Source: a virus
DNA: 64,000 bases
IMG/VR virus record: IMGVR_UViG_3300044539_000111
Coordinates: 1 to 64,000 of that record
Direction: 5' to 3' (one strand)
The notes under the pieces were generated by a model. The model saw nothing but the letters and a program-made list of their open reading frames with translations. It had not been told where the DNA came from and ran no database searches. This document shows positions 1 through 9,380 of this stretch, piece by piece. Both the position numbers and the translations under genes were made by a program. Numbering within the stretch: position 1 is the first letter of the stretch; each line of letters opens with the position of its first letter.

Positions 1-917
1 TGTAATAGCTCAAGTGATTCTAATTGTTCAGCAGTCATCAAGTAACCATACTTATCTACAACATCTGCAATAGTAAGCATGTCAATCCATCCCGCCCAGT
101 TACCTTGAGAAATGTAATGTACATTTGGTGACTTATGGTAAAATGAAAGCGCAGGGTTTAATAATTCAATATTGTAATCATCTTCTAGCATTTTAAAATG
201 CCAAAACTCACTGTCTGTAATTAATGAATCTCTGAAAGCAATTTCTTCCATTTCATCCATTTTAAAACGGTTCACATCAATTGCATGTTGTTTTACCGCC
301 CATTTTTCAGCAAGTGTCTGATATTTTTTAGAATAAAAATCTTCAATCTCTGGAAGTTTTTTTAATGCTTCAGGATTTAATTGTTGTTGTGCTTCTTCTG
401 AGTTTGGATCTAATCCCATTTCAACCATTTTAGCAATAAGTTTTTGCTGAGCATACTCAACTAAAACTTTACTAATGGCTTCGGTTTTTTTATCCATGAC
501 TTCATTGTATGAATACTCATCAATAGCACGGTAATCTACTTTAGTATTTCTTTTTGCAAATTCAGATACAAGAGTGTTTACTAAATTAGGAATGATTGGA
601 TAAAACTTTAATTCCAATGCTTCATTTTGCCCTTCAGTAAGAGTTTCAAGCATCTCAGTCATTTCATTTTCTACATCCGGTAGATAATCTGTTTTATCAA
701 TTACACCTTTAGCAAGTTTGTAATTCTTCATTATGCGTCTGGCTTTAGAACCAATTTGCTTAATGCCTTGCCACTCTAACCAATCAATATTCCATTTTGA
801 CCACTCATCATCTTTTTCATCTGATGGTACAAATTGAATGGGTTGGGTAAAAACACCAAATCTATTTTTCTTGGTTTTCTTGCCCTTTTTTAAGTCTATT
901 GCATTTAATATTTCCAT
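1..917 (-). CDS. Portal protein (5' part, runs off window)
   Basis: Not in ORF track. ATG at 917 overlaps TerL stop (TAATG). Translates MEILNAIDLKKGKK...QPIQF...EKDDEWSKWNIDWLEWQG...LKFYPIIPNLVNTLVSEFAKR, typical of crAss-like portals that follow terL. Confidence 0.85.
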   Translation of the reverse strand, partial: MEILNAIDLKKGKKTKKNRFGVFTQPIQFVPSDEKDDEWSKWNIDWLEWQGIKQIGSKARRIMKNYKLAKGVIDKTDYLPDVENEMTEMLETLTEGQNEALELKFYPIIPNLVNTLVSEFAKRNTKVDYRAIDEYSYNEVMDKKTEAISKVLVEYAQQKLIAKMVEMGLDPNSEEAQQQLNPEALKKLPEIEDFYSKKYQTLAEKWAVKQHAIDVNRFKMDEMEEIAFRDSLITDSEFWHFKMLEDDYNIELLNPALSFYHKSPNVHYISQGNWAGWIDMLTIADVVDKYGYLMTAEQLESLELL

Positions 918-3142
918 TATCTAAAGTTTTTAAATGGATTACGCGGTTTCTTCATACTTAAAGATTCACTGCTTGATCCAAGATGTCTATAAGGACTCCT
1001 ATTTAATTTATACAAATTTTCTGACTTTTCCAAATGTTCTTCATTATCATATTCAACTCTTTTCTTCAAACCTCTGCTTGCTTCCTGTATTTTTACAAAT
1101 GTAATCAAAGCTCCCAAAGAAATTAATCTATCCACATTGACTCCTGGTTGGTAGTGTTCCATCTCAACCATAGCCATGTAATCAGGTATTCTGGATATAC
1201 CATAATGCTTCTTATAGATCTTCCCGTCTTCATCAGTTTCTACATCAAGCTCCTCTCGAAGGTACTCAATTAAGTAACTCAACATTACAGTTTTAAAAAT
1301 GGTAGAAACATTTCGCCATCCATATTGTTGGAATTGGGTTTTAGATTGCTGTACTTCTTTAGAAAAAACTATTTGAGAAGATGGTACTAAATACTTTTGC
1401 TTGCGCTTAAATTGCATGTATTGAATAAATAGAGGCACGTTGTTCTCTACTACAGTCCAAGCTTGATACCACTCAATGATTAACTCTAATCTTTCATGTG
1501 TTTTGTTAATGTCATCATACCTGCCGGTCCAAGCCGCTACAATTTTATCTCCTTCAATAAATGTTTCCACTTCACCATTAGCTAATACTCTTTGTACTTG
1601 TATTGGATTCTTGTAAACATGTATAGAACAAAGTGAATCAGAAGTTACTGTTTTACCTTCTGACACGGGATCGACTGATGCAAAGTAAGTGGTGCAAAAA
1701 TCCTTTTCTTCATCAGGTTCCTCCCATACTTGTATTGCACCAGATTTATCTTCTGCGCTTTTATCTGTAGGAAAAATAAGTATTGGCTTCTTGGTTGTTG
1801 GTGATGCAACAATCTCACCTTTGTTATCATAAGCTAAGTTGTAACAAGAGTAAGGATAATCACCTTCTTCAATATCGCGTTTGTGTGACTTAACCAATTC
1901 CAATGGAAATATGCTTTCACCTCTAAAGGCAAATGCTTCTTCCATATTAGTTGGTCGCTGAGAACAGCGAATCTGATATGTTTCCGGATCTAAATCTTTT
2001 TTCCACTGTTTTTTTAACTCAATCAAAGCTTCTAATGCTTCCTCTACTTTTGAATTACCAAACTCATCAATGTATGGAGGCATTGACCATTGTTCTGGAA
2101 TAAACAAACCTGTGGTAAGAACTGTACCTTTTGGATCAGCCCATTTATTTTTTACCTCATAGAATCCATTTCCTTTGGCTTTGTGCATGTATTTACGCAA
2201 AGGTTCGCACTGTTTCAAATCCCCTACGGTTCCAGATGCAATAAAATAACCAGTAGTAATTTCCCCAGCTTGTAGTGCAGGAAGCATGAACTCAAATGTT
2301 TTATCCATGGTTTTAGCAATTCCCGCTTCTTCATAGAAAAACAAAGTACAAAGTCCCCCTACACCGGCTGTATCTGATTGCTCAAATGACAATGCTTGAA
2401 GAACTCCTTTTCTACCTCTTTCGGTTTTTCTACCATTTTCAACATACTCAATTTTCTGTTGCCACTCACCAACTCCTCCTGGATTCATTGGTCTGTACCA
2501 TGCGGTATGTTGATTCAAGAAGTTTTTGTATTCATTGATCATTTTCCATGTACCATTTACACCGGTAACATACGCACTCAGCGAAGAACCAATTTTAAGT
2601 ACTGGTCCATATTCAAACCACAATACATTCACTAGTTTAGCTCCATGATAAAATGAAGATCCAAACTGCCTTTTCTTTAAGATGATTCCATGCAAATAAA
2701 ACAACTCTCCAATTGCTTCATAAAGGGACATGTGGTATTGCGCATCATGTATGTCTGGAAAATCTGTTTTTCTTTTTACCTTATCAATAATTGGTAAAAA
2801 ATTAATCCAGAAATAGTAATCACGCGGCAGGTAATACTTTTTATCACCTTTCCAAAACAAAACTCCTTTTCTGGATTTTAGTTTTTGGTCATCCCAATAA
2901 TCAATAAAGTCTTTAGTGCCATCTGCAGCATCACAAAAATAACCCGCTTTTTTAAACTTTAGTCCTTGTTTTTGAAATTCATATACTACTTCATCAAAGT
3001 CATACTGACCAGGTTCTTTAAAATAATCTGCTTCTAAAGTTGTAGCCATATCAAGCCTGGTTGGAAAACTATACGTTGTCCAAATGCCGTCATGCCACAA
3101 TGGTATGTCTTCATGAAATTGACCTAAGTCATCATTAATCAT
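917..3142 (-). CDS. terL: Terminase large subunit
   Basis: 741 aa; ILKKRQFGSS Walker-A-like, FFYEEAG Walker-B, ASVDPV nuclease motif, VVENN, NVDRL. Confidence 0.93.
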   Translation of the reverse strand: MINDDLGQFHEDIPLWHDGIWTTYSFPTRLDMATTLEADYFKEPGQYDFDEVVYEFQKQGLKFKKAGYFCDAADGTKDFIDYWDDQKLKSRKGVLFWKGDKKYYLPRDYYFWINFLPIIDKVKRKTDFPDIHDAQYHMSLYEAIGELFYLHGIILKKRQFGSSFYHGAKLVNVLWFEYGPVLKIGSSLSAYVTGVNGTWKMINEYKNFLNQHTAWYRPMNPGGVGEWQQKIEYVENGRKTERGRKGVLQALSFEQSDTAGVGGLCTLFFYEEAGIAKTMDKTFEFMLPALQAGEITTGYFIASGTVGDLKQCEPLRKYMHKAKGNGFYEVKNKWADPKGTVLTTGLFIPEQWSMPPYIDEFGNSKVEEALEALIELKKQWKKDLDPETYQIRCSQRPTNMEEAFAFRGESIFPLELVKSHKRDIEEGDYPYSCYNLAYDNKGEIVASPTTKKPILIFPTDKSAEDKSGAIQVWEEPDEEKDFCTTYFASVDPVSEGKTVTSDSLCSIHVYKNPIQVQRVLANGEVETFIEGDKIVAAWTGRYDDINKTHERLELIIEWYQAWTVVENNVPLFIQYMQFKRKQKYLVPSSQIVFSKEVQQSKTQFQQYGWRNVSTIFKTVMLSYLIEYLREELDVETDEDGKIYKKHYGISRIPDYMAMVEMEHYQPGVNVDRLISLGALITFVKIQEASRGLKKRVEYDNEEHLEKSENLYKLNRSPYRHLGSSSESLSMKKPRNPFKNFR

Positions 3143-3647
3143 CGTAACTTAGTTTTTGTCCGCCTCTGGCTCTTGATGATTGCTCTTCTTCCAAATCTTT
3201 AGCAACACCTTTAAATGATTTACGAATAGCATCAAAGTTTTTTGCTGCACTCACAATGGCTGTAATGTTTCCATCCCTGCCGTCTGTAATGGTTTGAGTG
3301 TTCATATAAAACGCCAACTTTTCTAACATGTTAGAAATACCATTGTATGCGCGTATTGTCGGAGTTTCATACATGTCTTTGCATCTATCCAGTGCCATAC
3401 GAATAAGTCTGTCTTCTGGATCAAAGTTAGGGTTTAAATCTGAAAGAATTTCATCTTGAACTTCATCTTGAGGTCTGTTAAAATAAGGATTCTCAGAACT
3501 CCTGCAACTCATGTAAAATAAGTAAGCATAAATTTCCAAATGATTATCCGGATACTCTTCCATTATCCTTCTCAAGAAAGGAATAGTTTGACAGTGTTCT
3601 GTTGGAACTACTTTGCCATTTATTGCATCAAATAGTTTAATGGCCAT
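3135..3647 (-). CDS. Conserved crAss-like protein upstream of terL (possible terminase small subunit)
   Basis: 170 aa, helical, overlaps terL start; function inferred from position only. Confidence 0.5.
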   Translation of the reverse strand: MAIKLFDAINGKVVPTEHCQTIPFLRRIMEEYPDNHLEIYAYLFYMSCRSSENPYFNRPQDEVQDEILSDLNPNFDPEDRLIRMALDRCKDMYETPTIRAYNGISNMLEKLAFYMNTQTITDGRDGNITAIVSAAKNFDAIRKSFKGVAKDLEEEQSSRARGGQKLSYDD

Positions 3648-4476
3648 GGTTTAATATTTTTTCTCTGTGTTCTTGAACATACTTGAACATGGCAATCACC
3701 TCTTTTTTCATGTAAGGTAATTCATACGGTGTTACATTTTTTACTAGCGGATCACCCATAGCATCTGTAGCAACAACAGGATAGCCATTCTTATCTAAGT
3801 GATCAATCTCAAATTCAATATGATCTAGTTGTATTTTACCAGGCTTCAAATTAAAGTTGTGCTTTAGCATGATGTACATGTATGTACTCAACTGTAAAGC
3901 GTATTCATTATAGTTGCACTCATCCAAATGAGAAAGTGGTCCAAGTAATTTTTTACTTTTACCTAGTCTGTCTGTAAATCCTTGAAGTTTAATTTCCTTG
4001 TTTGTTTTGTAGTCATAAACATCAATCAATTCATCTACAACTTCAATTCTATCTGCTTGTCCACAAACACCTGCTGATTTTAAATACACCAAATGCTCAG
4101 GATAAATACCATCGGCTAATTGTTGATCTGGTGCAAGTTTAACCAATCCATCCATCAAAGGATTTATGATTGTCAACTCTTTTCCTTTTCTTGTAATTGT
4201 GTTGCAAGCAAGAACATCTTTTTCTCTTTGATCATGATACCATGAACCTAAATTAACAGCTCTTTTGTTTTCAGATTCCCAAAGTTTAATAATTTCTTCA
4301 GGAGTCATTTTGTTATACTTGGGATTCTTTCCTTTAGAACAAGCATCAGCCATTTTGATTGTATCAAACGGCTCTTTAAAGTAATGAATCAACCTTGTCA
4401 CACTTATCCAATCAATTGGATCTCTTTCATCAATACTGATGTATTTGTGTTCATCGGCATAAAATTTTACACTCAT
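3637..4476 (-). CDS. PD-(D/E)XK (RecB/Cas4-like) nuclease
   Basis: ISVT, GSWYH, CGQADRI, DVYDYKTNK and YALQLSTY motifs. Confidence 0.85.
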   Translation of the reverse strand: MSVKFYADEHKYISIDERDPIDWISVTRLIHYFKEPFDTIKMADACSKGKNPKYNKMTPEEIIKLWESENKRAVNLGSWYHDQREKDVLACNTITRKGKELTIINPLMDGLVKLAPDQQLADGIYPEHLVYLKSAGVCGQADRIEVVDELIDVYDYKTNKEIKLQGFTDRLGKSKKLLGPLSHLDECNYNEYALQLSTYMYIMLKHNFNLKPGKIQLDHIEFEIDHLDKNGYPVVATDAMGDPLVKNVTPYELPYMKKEVIAMFKYVQEHREKILNHGH

Positions 4477-4790
4477 AGTTTTGCCTTTTGGTTTAAAAAT
4501 ATGATACCTGTGTTTCTTACTTCTTCATCTGCACTTTTAAGCAAAAGCTTCAACTTAAAGAAATCTTGAGATGAAATTATTTCACTTGCTAATAAATCTG
4601 CAGCAAGAACTATTGTTTCTAAATACTCTTTTTCTTCTGCAGAAATTGATACTGTTTTGTATGGATCATAAGGTATAGTACTAGCTTGACTTAATTGATT
4701 CCACAATCCCTCTTTAAGAGCAGTTCTAGAATCATTACCCATAATAGCATCTTGCATTTTGCTATTTAAATCTTTATTATTCTGAATCAT
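4473..4790 (-). CDS. Hypothetical protein with C-terminal LxSxDxE module
   Basis: ISSQDFFKLKLLLKSADEEVRNTGIIFL; overlapping start/stop with both neighbours. Confidence 0.7.
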   Translation of the reverse strand: MIQNNKDLNSKMQDAIMGNDSRTALKEGLWNQLSQASTIPYDPYKTVSISAEEKEYLETIVLAADLLASEIISSQDFFKLKLLLKSADEEVRNTGIIFLNQKAKL

Positions 4791-5094
4791 CTCCTAGTTT
4801 TTTTTGTAGTAAATAATTTTCTTCATGTGACAACACTGCATCCCATTTACCTTCTGGACAATCAGAACCAAGTGCTCTTAGTTTTAATCCCATACTGCAT
4901 CCGCAAGATCCACAACATGGGCCGGTTCCAGGAACTAAACATTTATCTCCTTCTTTGTCTACTATTGGACACTGTTCACAGATAGCCCATCTTTCTTTGG
5001 CAATTTCTTCAACATGTTCATTTTTGAAAATGTTATTCTTGATCCCCTCCAGGATTTGCCCTTTTGCTTTCCAAATTTTTATTACGCTTTTCAT
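4777..5094 (-). CDS. Cys-rich putative zinc-binding protein
   Basis: RWAICEQC...C...CCGSCGC...CPEGKW; likely start MKSVIK at 5094. Confidence 0.65.
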   Translation of the reverse strand: MKSVIKIWKAKGQILEGIKNNIFKNEHVEEIAKERWAICEQCPIVDKEGDKCLVPGTGPCCGSCGCSMGLKLRALGSDCPEGKWDAVLSHEENYLLQKKLGDDSE

Positions 5095-5428
5095 ACATTT
5101 CTTTGTAGTACTCATTACACATTTCTAATCCTTTGACTTTGCTATCCAGCAGTGTTTTAGAAAGATTGAATTTAATCACTTTTTTAAAGTCCTCTTGAGA
5201 ATTACTCTCCAATAATTTTTGCATCCTTTCAATATTCTTTTCAAGCTTTCTCCTGCTTAATCTAAGAGTACCTAATCCATGCAAAAAGATTGTAGCATTC
5301 TCTAAGTTTTCAATCTTTCTAGTTACTATAGAATAGTAAAACTCAACAACATCCCTTACCATTTCCTCTGGTAAGTTTAATTCTTGAGCTGTCTTTTTAA
5401 TTAGCTCTTTGCCCTTGGTCGGTTTCAA
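5033..5428 (-). CDS. HU/IHF-like DNA-binding protein
   Basis: KELIKKTAQELNL...VRDVVEFYY...IFLHGLGTL resembles the HU fold; IHF-like genes are typical of crAss-like phages. Confidence 0.7.
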   Translation of the reverse strand: MKPTKGKELIKKTAQELNLPEEMVRDVVEFYYSIVTRKIENLENATIFLHGLGTLRLSRRKLEKNIERMQKLLESNSQEDFKKVIKFNLSKTLLDSKVKGLEMCNEYYKEMYEKRNKNLESKRANPGGDQE

Positions 5429-5780
5429 GATGATAGACTTTTAAATTCAGTAATATAGTTCCTTCTGTCAATAACTCTAAACTTTTGTTTAATGAAACAA
5501 GTTTGTTTCCTAATCCACTTCTAGTTACCAAATCTTCTTTTACACACTTTGTAATAAAGTTTCGTGTAGTCTGAACATTGCCAAATATCTCTTCAGAAAT
5601 AACTTCATTGCAGAAATCTGACATATTCATTTCACCGTATAATCCCAATAAAGACAAACAATCTAATTGTGCCGGACTTAACCTGATCTTATTTATGAAG
5701 CAATGCATGTTTATCTGAAACTTAATTACTTCAATCAAAGACAGCGGCACTTGCTTGTTAACAACTAACGCCTTTGCCAT
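5397..5780 (-). CDS. Putative winged-helix DNA-binding protein
   Basis: 127 aa; LSPAQLDCL...VQTTRNFITKCVKEDLV wHTH-like pattern. Confidence 0.5.
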   Translation of the reverse strand: MAKALVVNKQVPLSLIEVIKFQINMHCFINKIRLSPAQLDCLSLLGLYGEMNMSDFCNEVISEEIFGNVQTTRNFITKCVKEDLVTRSGLGNKLVSLNKSLELLTEGTILLNLKVYHLETDQGQRAN

Positions 5781-5782
5781 GA

Positions 5783-6049
5783 TTACTCTTCTTTTGTTTC
5801 AGACTCGTTTGCTTCTTTTTCTTCCTCTTCAGCTGCATCTTGCATAGCTTGATTAATTTGCATCATCCTCATTGAATAATCAAATGCTTCAAACTGCGCT
5901 TTTTTAATGCGGGCTTTAAGTTCTTCTACAAGACATTGAGTAGCAAGAACCTTTTCTTGGCTCTTGTAATATGCAATTGTTTTTTCTTGCATAGCGCGTA
6001 TCTCTTGTGGAGTGTACTCGCGTTCTTCTTGGTTGGTTTGTTCTGACAT
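5783..6049 (-). CDS. Hypothetical coiled-coil protein
   Basis: 88-aa charged helical ORF in operon with upstream promoter motif. Confidence 0.65.
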   Translation of the reverse strand: MSEQTNQEEREYTPQEIRAMQEKTIAYYKSQEKVLATQCLVEELKARIKKAQFEAFDYSMRMMQINQAMQDAAEEEEKEANESETKEE

Positions 6050-6070
6050 AATATTTAATGTTTATTATGC

Positions 6071-6078
6071 CAAATATA
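6071..6078 (-). promoter_or_regulatory. Bacteroidota sigma-A type -7 element (TATATTTG)
   Basis: Matches TAnnTTTG about 20 nt upstream of ATG 6049. Similar elements at 11559-11566, 15029-15036, 15435-15442, 30276-30283 (minus) and 40396-40403 (plus). Confidence 0.6.
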
Positions 6079-6109
6079 ATAATAAATGTTTAACTATTTA
6101 ATGTTTAAT

Positions 6110-6138
6110 AAAAAAAGCACCTATTCCTAAGTGCTTTT
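6110..6138 (-). terminator. Intrinsic terminator
   Basis: AAAAGCAC/GTGCTTTT inverted repeat with A run, downstream of lysis operon. Confidence 0.6.
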
Positions 6139-6167
6139 AGCCAATGAAATAAAATTCAAAGGGGAGT

Positions 6168-6461
6168 TTATTTTTTTCTAGCATTGTTTCCTTTGCCATT
6201 TCTAGCGCGGTTTGTAGAAGCTTTCTCACTTACCAACTTTCCTTTTTTAGTATGTGATTTATCTTTGCCATCTCCATTGCCATAAGTTCCAGCTTTTCTA
6301 TTAGCGGCATTCAGTTCTTCTCTGTATTTGATGCGCGAAGGACTTGAATGATACTCTTTGTTGTATTCATTCTTTTTCTTACGCGCTTCAGGATTAGAAG
6401 CAAAATACTTTGCAGACTTACTGGTTCCAGTAGACTTACCTGCTAATGAGTTTCTAGCCAT
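6168..6461 (-). CDS. Small basic protein, possibly degenerate HNH-like
   Basis: K/R-rich; GDGKDKSH...NRARNG. Confidence 0.45.
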   Translation of the reverse strand: MARNSLAGKSTGTSKSAKYFASNPEARKKKNEYNKEYHSSPSRIKYREELNAANRKAGTYGNGDGKDKSHTKKGKLVSEKASTNRARNGKGNNARKK

Positions 6462-7140
6462 TCTTTAATGCTTTAAGCATTGCAATTAACTTTGGTTGTG
6501 GAGAAACATCAGATTTATCTTTACGGTATGAGTTGTGAGTGAAAACTCCATTCTCTCCTTTTAAAGCTCTAACTGATATACCCCAGATGTCTTCGTTGTA
6601 AGTCAAATCAATTCCATGGATTTTGCTCCAGTACACTAACAGCTGACGTACTGATTCAATCTGAGCATCTGTATATGCATGATAATATAGATGTCCTTTG
6701 TATGGCGCGCTTAATACACAAACTTGGTCAACAGAAACTTCTCTATCCACATAGTTGTAATACTTATCACCTACTTTATCTAATGGTCCCCAGTTACATA
6801 TCTCAATGCCTATAGCTATAGGATCAAGTGATTTGTATGCAACGCCTTTAGATCTAAAAACATCTTGTTTAAGACCTAAGTGATAACCCCATTTTTTAGA
6901 ACCAAATGCCTGACAGATTTCTCCATCAAAAGTATCTTTTGATAAACCTTTCCCAGAGATTACAATGCAAGTTGCAATTTTTCCTCTGTCATCTTTGTCC
7001 CACATCTTAATAGTTGCAGGTGCAGAAGAATTTCCAGCAGTGTGGTGCAAAACAATTTGAACCTTTTTAACTTCTTCATCAATGTATTGACCTGATGATA
7101 AAGGAACTTGCTTGATTTTTTTTAGATCTAACTCTCCCAT
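6454..7140 (-). CDS. Endolysin, N-acetylmuramoyl-L-alanine amidase
   Basis: IVLHHTAG, AIGIEICNWG, YTDAQI, FTHNS..KDKSDV zinc-amidase motifs. Confidence 0.9.
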   Translation of the reverse strand: MGELDLKKIKQVPLSSGQYIDEEVKKVQIVLHHTAGNSSAPATIKMWDKDDRGKIATCIVISGKGLSKDTFDGEICQAFGSKKWGYHLGLKQDVFRSKGVAYKSLDPIAIGIEICNWGPLDKVGDKYYNYVDREVSVDQVCVLSAPYKGHLYYHAYTDAQIESVRQLLVYWSKIHGIDLTYNEDIWGISVRALKGENGVFTHNSYRKDKSDVSPQPKLIAMLKALKNG

Positions 7141-7143
7141 TTT

Positions 7144-7437
7144 TTATTTGTTGAATTTCTTAACAAAAATCTTTGAGATAAGATTACCAATCTTTTTTAA
7201 GAATCCATTTGCAGCTTCTACTTCAACAGTAACTCCGTTCTCATCTTTTTTTACATGGACATCAAGTTTTTTTGAATCCAAATCAAAATCTGATCCGTCT
7301 GTTCCTTTTTCATACTTTACATCAACCTTTTCAGTATTGACTTCAGCTTTGAACTTACCTTCTTTTTTTTCTACATGAACATCTACCTTTTTGGTATCAA
7401 CATCCACTTTGAAATCTTCAACTTTTTTCTTTGCCAT
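7144..7437 (-). CDS. K/D/V-rich repeat protein in lysis cassette
   Basis: Three internal repeats like DVDTKKVDVHVEKK; amphipathic C-terminal helix. Confidence 0.6.
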   Translation of the reverse strand: MAKKKVEDFKVDVDTKKVDVHVEKKEGKFKAEVNTEKVDVKYEKGTDGSDFDLDSKKLDVHVKKDENGVTVEVEAANGFLKKIGNLISKIFVKKFNK

Positions 7438-7439
7438 GA

Positions 7440-7667
7440 TTACTTTGTTTCAGGGTTTTCAACTGTAAGTTGTGATAATGTTGCAGTTGCACTACCAAGT
7501 GCAATCAGATAACCCGCTCCAGTCAATATTGCCGCAGGTAGTGCTATAGGAGAAGCTAAAAGGATTCCGCCTAGTACTCCAGCTGCTATACCAATTCTTT
7601 GCATTTTCTTCCAAAATTTTGGTGTTTTTGCTTTCCATCTTTCTTTAATTGTTTTCTCTTCCATCAT
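7440..7667 (-). CDS. Small membrane protein (holin/antiholin-like)
   Basis: Basic N-terminus plus two hydrophobic segments. Confidence 0.6.
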   Translation of the reverse strand: MMEEKTIKERWKAKTPKFWKKMQRIGIAAGVLGGILLASPIALPAAILTGAGYLIALGSATATLSQLTVENPETK

Positions 7668-8190
7668 TTTTTACTTTAGGTTCATCTTTAATGTACTTTG
7701 ACAACTGTTTTAGTATTGGCACATATTCATTCCAACCAAGTCTTTTAAAGTTTTCTAAATTAGACCAAAACAAGTTTATCAGTACAAAGTTATAAAATCC
7801 ATAATGCAACCAAGAATAAATATTAAAATCCCAACTAAAAAAAGTTTTTACTGGAACATGAACAGCTAATGCATGGGAACATCCAATCATTATCATGTAA
7901 ATTAACAACTTTAACCAACCTTTTCCAAATAATTCTGAATCAAATGTTCTTTTCTCTTTTCTAGAGGCTCTGATTCCAGTAAACATTTCTAAGCCAAACA
8001 GCACAATTAAAACTATTCCTACAGGTAACTCTATTCCAAATATTGCATTAAAATAATAAGCAATAGTTGCTAGTATTGTACTAGCTCCAACGGCAAATCC
8101 TGCTAAGTTAGGATGAAAGGCACTATCTATAAAATGTGTTGTGTCTTTATATCCAGCACTCATTACTATTTTACAACAAATACCTTTCAT
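7645..8190 (-). CDS. Holin-like membrane protein
   Basis: Several TM segments; MFTGIRAS and WSNLENFKRLG resemble holin-4-type motifs; close to amidase. Confidence 0.7.
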   Translation of the reverse strand: MKGICCKIVMSAGYKDTTHFIDSAFHPNLAGFAVGASTILATIAYYFNAIFGIELPVGIVLIVLFGLEMFTGIRASRKEKRTFDSELFGKGWLKLLIYMIMIGCSHALAVHVPVKTFFSWDFNIYSWLHYGFYNFVLINLFWSNLENFKRLGWNEYVPILKQLSKYIKDEPKVKNDGRENN

Positions 8191-8348
8191 TTTATTCCAG
8201 CTTTTAGAGTTTGAAGTTCTTGGTACATTTCTAAAAGTTGTGTTTCTTTTTGAGCAATTAACTCTTCTTGAGTTGGTTGATCTACTTCAATAAACTCAAC
8301 TCTTACAAGTCCCGTTTCATCGTATATTTCATTTCTTACTTGTGCCAT
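8187..8348 (-). CDS. Small tail-fibre-associated protein
   Basis: Not in track; MAQVRNEIYDETGLVRVEFIEV...; ATGA overlap with holin start. Confidence 0.55.
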   Translation of the reverse strand: MAQVRNEIYDETGLVRVEFIEVDQPTQEELIAQKETQLLEMYQELQTLKAGIK

Positions 8349-8355
8349 GATTTTA

Positions 8356-9078
8356 TTATTTAGACATGAATATTGCAGGTGCTTGTTGAGTTTGATAAGA
8401 ATTAGGTGCTGCTACACTTGGTGCACCACTGGCGTATGTAAGACTAACTTGTAGCAAACATGTTAAAGGATTTCCAAACAAATTTCCTATTGGTAATAAT
8501 GCTGCATTACTTATTGCATTAAGTTGGATTGCAGCAACATTTACTTGTAAAGCTAACCAATATACAGTTCCTTGTGTAAAAGCAAAAGAAGAAACTACAG
8601 TTTTGCTACCAGATGTTGAACAATCTAAATCAACACTACTGTATAACAAATTGCCAGGTTGTCCATTAACTGAAGAATATACACAAATTCTAGCCAAACC
8701 TGTTGGTTGTGGAGTATTTACAGTAATAGCAAATTGTGTACAAGTAAAACTTACATTTGGTATGTAAGGGTAATATGTCATAGAATTTGTAGTAGCCCAA
8801 CTATTCATTGATGAACAATTTGTTCCAGCGTAGGTTGGCATTCCAAATAGCGATCCAAAAACAGGTGTTTGTAAACCTGTTGTAGTGCCGCCACCTCCAC
8901 CACTTGCAGAAAATATTTCTAATATTGCACCAGTTGAATCCTTAAATCTTACTAGCTTATCTGCTTTATTGTAGAAATAAGTAGAATTAGGAACTGATGC
9001 AAAATCTGCACTAGTGTCTGTTATGCTTTTATAATTTATTGCTCCTGTTGGATTTCCAATTGCTGTTACTACTGCCAT
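8356..9078 (-). CDS. Tail fibre/virion structural protein
   Basis: S/T/G-rich, poly-Gly linker, beta-sandwich-like C-terminus (GTVYWLA). Confidence 0.6.
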   Translation of the reverse strand: MAVVTAIGNPTGAINYKSITDTSADFASVPNSTYFYNKADKLVRFKDSTGAILEIFSASGGGGGTTTGLQTPVFGSLFGMPTYAGTNCSSMNSWATTNSMTYYPYIPNVSFTCTQFAITVNTPQPTGLARICVYSSVNGQPGNLLYSSVDLDCSTSGSKTVVSSFAFTQGTVYWLALQVNVAAIQLNAISNAALLPIGNLFGNPLTCLLQVSLTYASGAPSVAAPNSYQTQQAPAIFMSK

Positions 9079-9079
9079 T

Positions 9080-9376
9080 TTATTTTAATTTAATAAGTTC
9101 TACAAATGCATCAAAATCTGCTTTTTGTTCTACAGGCATGTCTACATAATCTAACTCTGTAAATGATTTAGGAACAGAATTTTCAATTCCATAAAACTTC
9201 ATGATTCTTGGGATTGGGTTATAGATATTTACAGATAACAACTCTTGCGTATCTGAAAATGCTTCCATAAAGAAATCATATTCTGAGATCAAAGGATAAA
9301 TTTCTTTCTTGTTTTCTAATTCATCATAAGCATAAACTTGTGCACCTATAATGTCAATCTTTGTAACTGATTCCAT
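9080..9376 (-). CDS. Hypothetical protein (possible spike chaperone)
   Basis: 98 aa between tail genes. Confidence 0.55.
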   Translation of the reverse strand: MESVTKIDIIGAQVYAYDELENKKEIYPLISEYDFFMEAFSDTQELLSVNIYNPIPRIMKFYGIENSVPKSFTELDYVDMPVEQKADFDAFVELIKLK

Positions 9377-9380
9377 ATTT

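Noticed and set aside
3637-4476. CRISPR-associated Cas4 or CRISPR array
   Set aside because: No regularly spaced repeat-spacer array and no other cas genes; this is a solo phage nuclease
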